A stretch of DNA of 57,125 nucleotides, from contig DAIQQE010000001.1 in assembly GCA_036786905.1 (NCBI GenBank), forward strand, positions 11,110 to 68,234. The letters are read 5' to 3'. Made by a program: the position numbers and the translations under genes. Below are positions 51,350-57,125 of the stretch, piece by piece. The DNA comes from Candidatus Nezhaarchaeales archaeon (GTDB taxonomy: Archaea > Thermoproteota > Methanomethylicia > Nezhaarchaeales > WYZ-LMO8). How positions within the stretch are numbered: position 1 is the first letter of the stretch; each line of letters starts with the position of its first letter. A model generated the notes under the pieces. That model saw only the letters and a program-made list of their open reading frames with translations, did no database searches and was not told the origin of the DNA.

Positions 51350-53059
51350 CTAGAAGGGTTGCAAGAGCGCCTTCATCAGCTCGTTTATGACGAAAGAGCC
51401 AGCGTAGACGGCGGCTCCCGTGCCTATCAATAGTATGGACAGGTAATAGAACACGGCATACCTCGACCCAGGGTTCGTTGAGTAGAAGGCCAGCGTATTG
51501 GCTATGACCAACATCAATAGGACCACGTTCGTGACTATAGAGACGTCTGCGTAAGTTACGTTGAAGAAGCCCAATATGCCTGCGTACTCGTGGGGGATGC
51601 TCTGGGCAAAGCTCGCTATGATGCTGGAGAAGACGTTCAAGAAATTCCCCACGAATATTAGCAGTACGATGGCGATTATGTGCATGAGGTAGAGGGTTAT
51701 TTCAAAGGTCTTAAACACTTGCACATAGTTGGCCCTGAGCCTAAGGAGCTCATTGACGTGGTCCGAGAGTAACGCGCCGGTCTCGGCCAAGTCCCCTCCT
51801 CCCTCGACCGTGTCGACGAATATGTGCGTGCCCCTGGTAACCATCTCGCTCGAGGACTCGTCTGCGAACAAACCCCAAGCGATCCTAGGGTCTACCCTGT
51901 TTACCAACCTGGCATAGGCCCTCTTCAATAGGGACTTGAGCTTTCCGAGCTCAGCTATGAGCAACGGCTTGAGGGACTCAATCATGTTCGGCAACACGGC
52001 CATGTGCCCTCCGTAGCTTCTTATGAACGCAGGGAAGAACGTGTCGTACTCCGCTATCCTCCCCTCGTGGATCTTTACAAGGACCGCCGGCGGGAGCAAC
52101 GCCATCCCCGCGAAGATAAGGCTGAGCGCTACGTAGTCCATGTTGAATATGTTGAGGGATACGACTAGGTGAGCGACGATCATTGCGAACGCGAGGGTGC
52201 CCGTCAGGCCCGAGAACGATATGAGGGCCACGAGGCGGCCCCTCTTCTTGGGCTTGGACTCAAAGAGGGGCTTGCGGACAGAGAGGTATAGCAGAGTGGA
52301 CATGCCCATTAGCGCGAGGCCAGCGCTCAGGACGCCGACCGTCACGAGCTCTGAGAGGCCTCCGAAGATCATCCCCAAGAGCATCAGGTTGGCCAACATG
52401 AACACTAAGGCCCCCAGCACCGTCGTGTAGACCCCGAACACGACCCTGAGTACGTTTATCACTCTGTTAAACGCCGAGAGGTACTCGGCGAAGAGGGTGT
52501 TGTACTCTATCCGCAGGTACTCCTTTATGTCGCCCCCCGTCGCGACTATGGCTGACAGCCTCTGGAGGAACATCTCGTCGACCTTGGACGGCGCCTCTTT
52601 CGAGACGAGCTTTAGGGCCTCGGGTGCGCTGTAGCCCCAGTTCTTTATTAAGTCCCGTAGCTTCCGGAAGAGCCCGGAGTACTTCTTCTTATAGAAGGGG
52701 GTCTCCCCTATCTTGCCGAAGAGCGTCGTCAGCGGAGGGTTTCCGGTAACCAAGCACCTCATGTGGACTAAGATGAAGGCCAGGTCGTCAGAGACCGGGA
52801 TGATCCCTACCCTCCTAAGGGACCTGAGGTAGAAGAGGACGAGGAAGGTCACCAAGACGACGAAGGTCCCCAGCACCAAGCTCGCTGGGTACGGAAAGGC
52901 CGTGGCGAAGAAGTAAAGCGCCAAGGAGTTTGCTAGAGCCGCAGCGATGATTATCCACTTGTTCGTCGAGACCCCATAGGCTATCCTCCTAGCTAAGTCG
53001 GAGTCGAGGACCCTCTCGCGCAGGTCGTCGAGCGTGCGCTTCTTCTTATCTTTGCTCAA
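51350..53059 (-). CDS. arlJ: Archaellum polytopic membrane platform protein ArlJ (FlaJ)
   Basis: 569 aa with many TM helices, directly downstream of arlI. It has a T2SS-F-like architecture. Confidence 0.8.
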   Translation of the reverse strand: MSKDKKKRTLDDLRERVLDSDLARRIAYGVSTNKWIIIAAALANSLALYFFATAFPYPASLVLGTFVVLVTFLVLFYLRSLRRVGIIPVSDDLAFILVHMRCLVTGNPPLTTLFGKIGETPFYKKKYSGLFRKLRDLIKNWGYSAPEALKLVSKEAPSKVDEMFLQRLSAIVATGGDIKEYLRIEYNTLFAEYLSAFNRVINVLRVVFGVYTTVLGALVFMLANLMLLGMIFGGLSELVTVGVLSAGLALMGMSTLLYLSVRKPLFESKPKKRGRLVALISFSGLTGTLAFAMIVAHLVVSLNIFNMDYVALSLIFAGMALLPPAVLVKIHEGRIAEYDTFFPAFIRSYGGHMAVLPNMIESLKPLLIAELGKLKSLLKRAYARLVNRVDPRIAWGLFADESSSEMVTRGTHIFVDTVEGGGDLAETGALLSDHVNELLRLRANYVQVFKTFEITLYLMHIIAIVLLIFVGNFLNVFSSIIASFAQSIPHEYAGILGFFNVTYADVSIVTNVVLLMLVIANTLAFYSTNPGSRYAVFYYLSILLIGTGAAVYAGSFVINELMKALLQPF

Positions 53060-54760
53060 TTAGAGCAGCTCACCCCTCGAGAGCCTCCTGTAGGCCTCCT
53101 CGAGCCCCAACTCGTGCGCCTTGACGACTGCCCTGAAGACGTCGTAGTAGTCGAGCACGTTCTTGTCTACGAGGAGCCTCAAGTACTTAGCCCTCAGCTC
53201 GAGCTCCTCGTATATCAGCTTCACGTCCCTCTTCGAGACGCCCCTCATGACGGCGATCTTCTCCTCGAGCAAGTAGCTCGCCCCCCTGCCGGCGAACCTG
53301 TGGACGTCCCTCGTCGGGTCCCACAGGAACACCGGTATGGCGGCTATTGAGTCCGTGCGAGGGTCGTAGCCGACTATCTCGTTGACGGAGGTCATCCTGC
53401 GTACGAGCATGCCCCGCTTGTCATAGACCGAGGACTGGAACCAAGCTATGTTTAGGGCGTCGAGGTTAGTCTTGGGGACGCTGATCGGCGGGTTCGTCAA
53501 CCTCTGCAGGAGCCTCTCGAGGTTCGCGGCGTGGAACGTGGAGAGGACGGGGTGCCCGGTCTGTATCGCTTGGAAGGCTATGTTGCCCTCGGCCCCCCTT
53601 ATCTCCCCCACTATGATGTAGTTCGGTCGCTGGCGGAGAGCCGCCTTGAGGAGGTCGAACATCGTCACGCTGCTCTCAGGCTTGCCCGTGTCCCTCGTCA
53701 GCTCCCTGACCCAGTTCTTGTGAGGGAGCGTCACCTCCGCCGTGTCCTCGATTGAGACCACCTTGTAACTGGGGCGTATGAAGACCGCCAAGGCGTTTAG
53801 TGTCGTGGTCTTGCCGCTCGCCGTCTCCCCGCAGACGAAGGCGCTCATCCCCTCAGAGAGCATCATCCACATGTACGCGGCGGCGAGCTCGTTGAAGGTG
53901 TTCCACTTAATTAACTGCGTGACGCTTATCGGCGTCTTGGCGACCTTTCGTATCGTGAAGTTGCTTCCAAAGAGGCTGACGTCGGTGCCGTAGACTATGT
54001 TCAGCCTGCTACCGTCGGGGAGGGTGGCGTCGACGACAGGCCGTGCCCTCGAGATTGGCTTGCCGATCTTCTCTCCCAGCTTGATTATGTACTCGTCGAG
54101 CTCCTCCTCGCTACCGAAGCCGACGTTCGACTCGAGAGAGCCGAAGATCTTGTGCACGACGTAGATGTTGCCGATCCCCTTGGCGCTTATGTCCTCTAGG
54201 TAGGGATCTCTAAGGAAGGGCTCGATTACGCCCACCCCTATCTTGTCCCTTACCAAGTGGTACTTGATGTACTCCACGTCCTCCTTCCTGACGGGCACCC
54301 TCGGAAGCCCAGGCTTGACGGAGTTGTAGTTGACGGACCTGTCCTTGACGTCGAGTACCTCCTCGAGGAGCTCGAGGAGGATCTTCTTCCTCTCCTCAGC
54401 AGACTCCACCGCGTACTCCGGCTTGATCTTAGTCGCCAAGGCCTCCTCTATCGCCTTGAAGATATTGGATGGGGGCCTAGGTGGCTCCACGACTATGTAC
54501 TGGTTGAAGCCGGCCGCCGTCTTGACCAGGTTTGTTACGTGTATGAATATCCCGCCGCCCACAGGGTAGACGACGTTAATCTTTGACCACATCTTCATGT
54601 CCCCGCTTAGCCTCTCGACTATCATCGGCTCCTCTCCGTGCTGTCGCCTGAAGGACTCTACGTAGGAGGCCAAGTAGCTGGGCCTATCGCCGAAGTCAGG
54701 CTCCTTGACCTCGCTTACTCGCTTCTTCCTCCAAAGCCTTGGGATTGCGAGGCTCGGCAT
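53060..54760 (-). CDS. arlI: Archaellum assembly/motor ATPase ArlI (FlaI)
   Basis: Walker A is GETASGKTTTLNAL, with the secretion-ATPase boxes VGEIRGAE and TGHPVLSTFHA. 566 aa. Confidence 0.9.
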   Translation of the reverse strand: MPSLAIPRLWRKKRVSEVKEPDFGDRPSYLASYVESFRRQHGEEPMIVERLSGDMKMWSKINVVYPVGGGIFIHVTNLVKTAAGFNQYIVVEPPRPPSNIFKAIEEALATKIKPEYAVESAEERKKILLELLEEVLDVKDRSVNYNSVKPGLPRVPVRKEDVEYIKYHLVRDKIGVGVIEPFLRDPYLEDISAKGIGNIYVVHKIFGSLESNVGFGSEEELDEYIIKLGEKIGKPISRARPVVDATLPDGSRLNIVYGTDVSLFGSNFTIRKVAKTPISVTQLIKWNTFNELAAAYMWMMLSEGMSAFVCGETASGKTTTLNALAVFIRPSYKVVSIEDTAEVTLPHKNWVRELTRDTGKPESSVTMFDLLKAALRQRPNYIIVGEIRGAEGNIAFQAIQTGHPVLSTFHAANLERLLQRLTNPPISVPKTNLDALNIAWFQSSVYDKRGMLVRRMTSVNEIVGYDPRTDSIAAIPVFLWDPTRDVHRFAGRGASYLLEEKIAVMRGVSKRDVKLIYEELELRAKYLRLLVDKNVLDYYDVFRAVVKAHELGLEEAYRRLSRGELL

Positions 54761-54769
54761 GCCCTCCCC

Positions 54770-55480
54770 CTATATCTTCGCCAGCGCCATGGGGATGAGC
54801 TTTATCCCGAAGGCCGGGTCGACGTCGAATGTGATTATGTTCTCGAAGACCGTGGACGCCCCCTTCAGCTTTATTATGTTCATGAGCTTCAGCGACCTTC
54901 CGCCCATCTCTGCGTTCTTGAGCTCTATGTATCCGTCGGCTATTGCTTTGAGCCCGGAGTGGAGCGCCTCGGCGATGTCCCCCGCGTGCAGCGTCAGGAG
55001 GATGAGCTTTTCCTTGTCGACGAGCCTCTTGGCTACCGTGAGGAAGTTCGCCACGTCCTCAGTCTTGGAGCCCTTGACCAACACGCTGAAGGAGTCTATG
55101 ACGTAGACGTCGTACCTGTCCATGGCCGAGATTACGTGGTTGAGCGTGAGGGACAGGAGGTCCCTGCCAGTAGAGGGAACCCACCAGACCCTCGGTATAT
55201 GGGTCGAGTAGACCGTCAGCCGGCCCCGCACGTACATGTCCAGCACGTCGAACCCGACGTTGATCATCCCCCTCACGTAGCCCACGGTCGTTGTCTCAGT
55301 GGTCACGACTATGACCCTCAGGCTACTCTTGAGGGCGCCGTACACAAACTGCTGGACCAGCACGGACTTCCCGGCCCCGTGCTGCCCCTCCACGACTATC
55401 AGGGCTGGGAAGGGCAGCCCGCCCCCCAGCTTGGTGTCCAGCTCCTCGTTCCCGGTACTGATGGTCCTAACCTTGAGCAT
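54770..55480 (-). CDS. arlH: Archaellum RecA/KaiC-like ATP-binding protein ArlH (FlaH)
   Basis: The pattern TGNEELDTKLGGGLPFPALIVVEGQHGAGKSVL includes Walker A. 236 aa, positioned between arlF and arlI. Confidence 0.85.
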   Translation of the reverse strand: MLKVRTISTGNEELDTKLGGGLPFPALIVVEGQHGAGKSVLVQQFVYGALKSSLRVIVVTTETTTVGYVRGMINVGFDVLDMYVRGRLTVYSTHIPRVWWVPSTGRDLLSLTLNHVISAMDRYDVYVIDSFSVLVKGSKTEDVANFLTVAKRLVDKEKLILLTLHAGDIAEALHSGLKAIADGYIELKNAEMGGRSLKLMNIIKLKGASTVFENIITFDVDPAFGIKLIPMALAKI

Positions 55481-55997
55481 CGACGACCACCCACTTGGAG
55501 CCCCTCGACCCGTAGTGCGTCGTGAAGACGACCCTCAAGGGCCTCGCGGCGTCTAGGTCCTCTACGGCCGCGAAGGCCCTTATCAAGCAGGCCTCACCAG
55601 TATCTATGAGGGGGTGCTCTGTAAAGCTGACGCCGTAGCTCTCGACGAGGAAGACCTCTTCGACGGTCCAATCAGCTGGGTGGGAGAGCCTCAACGACTT
55701 GAGCGGCCCGCTCGTCGAGAAGTACTCGACTATCAGGTCGCACGCCTCGAACCTGTACACAGGATAGGGGCCCTCGTTCAGGACCGTGACGTTGACCTCC
55801 AGCAACCCCCTCGAGTAGCTCGCGCTGGCCCGCTGAATGGTTATCCTGCTCAGCCTCTTGTAGGCGATTTCGTAGCCCTCCCTTATGCTGTTCACGGCCA
55901 TCGAGATCGACGAGCCTATGGCGCCGACGATTGAGAGGGCGGCTATTATGAGCAGGACGACTGCCGCGACGCCCGGCACGACGACCTCTGAGGGCAT
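55467..55997 (-). CDS. arlF: Archaellum stator-associated protein ArlF (FlaF), assigned by synteny
   Basis: An N-terminal TM helix is followed by a beta-rich domain. It is the second of two FlaF/FlaG-like genes upstream of arlH. In the Sulfolobus operon order flaX-flaG-flaF-flaH-flaI-flaJ, this is the flaF position. Confidence 0.55.
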   Translation of the reverse strand: MPSEVVVPGVAAVVLLIIAALSIVGAIGSSISMAVNSIREGYEIAYKRLSRITIQRASASYSRGLLEVNVTVLNEGPYPVYRFEACDLIVEYFSTSGPLKSLRLSHPADWTVEEVFLVESYGVSFTEHPLIDTGEACLIRAFAAVEDLDAARPLRVVFTTHYGSRGSKWVVVDAQG

Positions 55998-56006
55998 GGC
56001 GATCCC

Positions 56007-56483
56007 TCATCCGACGGTGTATGCCGTCGAGTAGCCGTTAGACAATACCATCTTCACTTCAAGGGGCGGGGTGTAGGTCTCCAAAGCTCCCGAGAGCGCT
56101 ATCTTGAAGAGGACGGTCTCGCCCTTCTCGAGGACCCCTTGCTGGGATCCGTACTCCACCACGGTGACGTTCCCCAGCCTAGTTGAGAAGTAGGAGGTCT
56201 TCCCGCTGTAGTCCGTCACTATGAAGTCCACGTTCCCCAGGTCGCTGTAGGCCACTTCCCCTGTGTTCTTCGCGTAGACGTAGATGAGGCCCGACTGCCT
56301 GTCCAGGGATGCGTGGACTATCGTCACGCTCAGCCTGTATAAGTTCGACGCCGTCCTCATACTGATGCTCACCGTGTTCAGGGCGCTGTTGAGCTGCCCT
56401 ATGACCGCTGTGACGAACAGAGAGGCCATTAGGACGGCCGCTATGGTCAGCATCGCGTGAGTTATCGTCGCCGAAACTCCCAT
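56007..56483 (-). CDS. arlG: Archaellum protein ArlG (FlaG), assigned by synteny
   Basis: An N-terminal hydrophobic helix (ITHAMLTIAAVLMASLFVTAVIG) is followed by a beta-rich domain. It is the first of the FlaG/FlaF pair. Confidence 0.55.
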   Translation of the reverse strand: MGVSATITHAMLTIAAVLMASLFVTAVIGQLNSALNTVSISMRTASNLYRLSVTIVHASLDRQSGLIYVYAKNTGEVAYSDLGNVDFIVTDYSGKTSYFSTRLGNVTVVEYGSQQGVLEKGETVLFKIALSGALETYTPPLEVKMVLSNGYSTAYTVG

Positions 56484-56514
56484 CTACTGGCACCCCGCGA
56501 GGGCCTATGGGCCC

Positions 56515-57125
56515 TCAGCCCCGCCCCTCTCCAGCGCTTGCTCCGCCACTACCCTCTACCGCTAGACTCGCCCTCCTAGCCCTCCTCATAGACGACAAGG
56601 TGCTGAGGACGGTCTTCGCGACCTCCTCTTCTATAGACTCCTCCTTAAGCCCGACGCCCTTCAACAGCATGTACATCAGCATGGTGTTCTCCTCCGGCGT
56701 TATGCCCTCCCTCAGCGACTGCTCGGCGATGTCGAGGGTGGTCCTGAGGACCGCGACCTCGTCCTTCGTCAGGACCCTCAGCTTCTCCGCCAGCTCCAGC
56801 ATCCTCTCCACGCTCGACCTGGGGTAGATCCTCAGCAACTCGTAGACGGTCCCCAGTAACGAGATGGCCTGCTTCAGGCTAACGCCCGCCAGCACGGACC
56901 TCTCCTCCTTCACGACCTTGCTCGCCTCGCTCAAGACGCCAGCGAGGGGCCCGAGCTCCCTAGCGGCCTGGGAGCCGGCGCCCTCCTCGACCGCTCGCGG
57001 CGCTCGGGGTCTGGGCTCGACGGCGAGGGCCTCGGGGCCCGGTGCCCCGACCTCGGCCCGCTCCTCTGCGGCCGCGGCTGCCGCGGAGGGGCCGACTGCG
57101 ACTGGGGCTGGGGCGGGCTGGGCCT
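56515..57125 (-). CDS. ArlX(FlaX)-like protein, 5' end beyond the window. Assigned by position only.
   Basis: The reading frame stays open from 56934 to the right window edge (my translation: AQPAPAPVAVGPSAAAAAAEERAEVGAPGPEALAVEPRPRAPRAVEEGAGSQAARELGPLAGVLSEASKVV...). The helical C-terminal part follows. The gene lies immediately upstream of arlG, as flaX does in Sulfolobus. Confidence 0.35.
   Translation of the reverse strand, partial: AQPAPAPVAVGPSAAAAAAEERAEVGAPGPEALAVEPRPRAPRAVEEGAGSQAARELGPLAGVLSEASKVVKEERSVLAGVSLKQAISLLGTVYELLRIYPRSSVERMLELAEKLRVLTKDEVAVLRTTLDIAEQSLREGITPEENTMLMYMLLKGVGLKEESIEEEVAKTVLSTLSSMRRARRASLAVEGSGGASAGEGRG

Noticed and set aside
1-57125. Window-wide look for tRNA, rRNA, CRISPR arrays, integrases, transposases and IS termini.
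   Set aside because: I saw no T-loop/acceptor-stem pattern, no regularly spaced direct repeats of 24-37 bp with unique spacers, and no integrase or transposase motifs. The only tandem repeats are intragenic (1..162, 38394..38581) or the 2 x 22-bp unit at 10008..10051.

Overview
This is a high-GC, very gene-dense 57.1-kb chromosomal segment from an archaeon, most likely a hyperthermophilic member of the Thermoproteota (Crenarchaeota). That placement is an inference from several features. There is a crenarchaeal-type archaellum operon at the right end (arlX-like, arlG, arlF, arlH, arlI, arlJ), a short ERCC4-type XPF, and an Nre repair protein with a C-terminal PIP box. There is also a Tes-like tetraether-lipid radical SAM enzyme, many GTG/TTG starts, 4-bp start/stop overlaps, and TATA-like boxes about 25-30 nt upstream of start codons (leaderless geometry). 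I can support about 58 protein-coding genes. They cover sugar-nucleotide and glycan synthesis (GalT, PGM/PMM, a processive GT2), an AOR with its ferredoxin, and citramalate synthase. They also include a small-TM/SSS-symporter/acyl-CoA-synthetase operon, a PadR-ABC2 exporter, a CbiM/PDGLE/CbiQ/CbiO ECF metal transporter, VapBC, and four radical SAM enzymes. I recognised no rRNA, tRNA, CRISPR array, integrase or transposase. The most interesting locus is 18.9-26.5 kb. It encodes a TrmB-like regulator, an Fe-S protein, a FwdB-like pterin subunit, an HdrA-MvhD fusion, an 8-cluster polyferredoxin, a FwdD-like gene wedged in on the opposite strand, and HdrC and HdrB. This is the parts list of the methanogen Hdr-Fwd coupling without FwdA/FwdC or a hydrogenase, in an apparently non-methanogenic lineage. 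Other points worth a second look: a 1051-aa SF2 helicase with a large uncharacterised C-terminal half; a W/E-repeat coiled-coil plus nuclease-like paralog family (two copies, one with a perfect 62-bp internal duplication); an unannotated 34-aa membrane ORF translationally coupled to the symporter; an A/T-rich island with Zn-ribbon and RHH genes; several palindromic operator candidates; and two large unassigned intergenic regions. All functional calls rest on motif recognition by eye and on synteny. No database search was possible.
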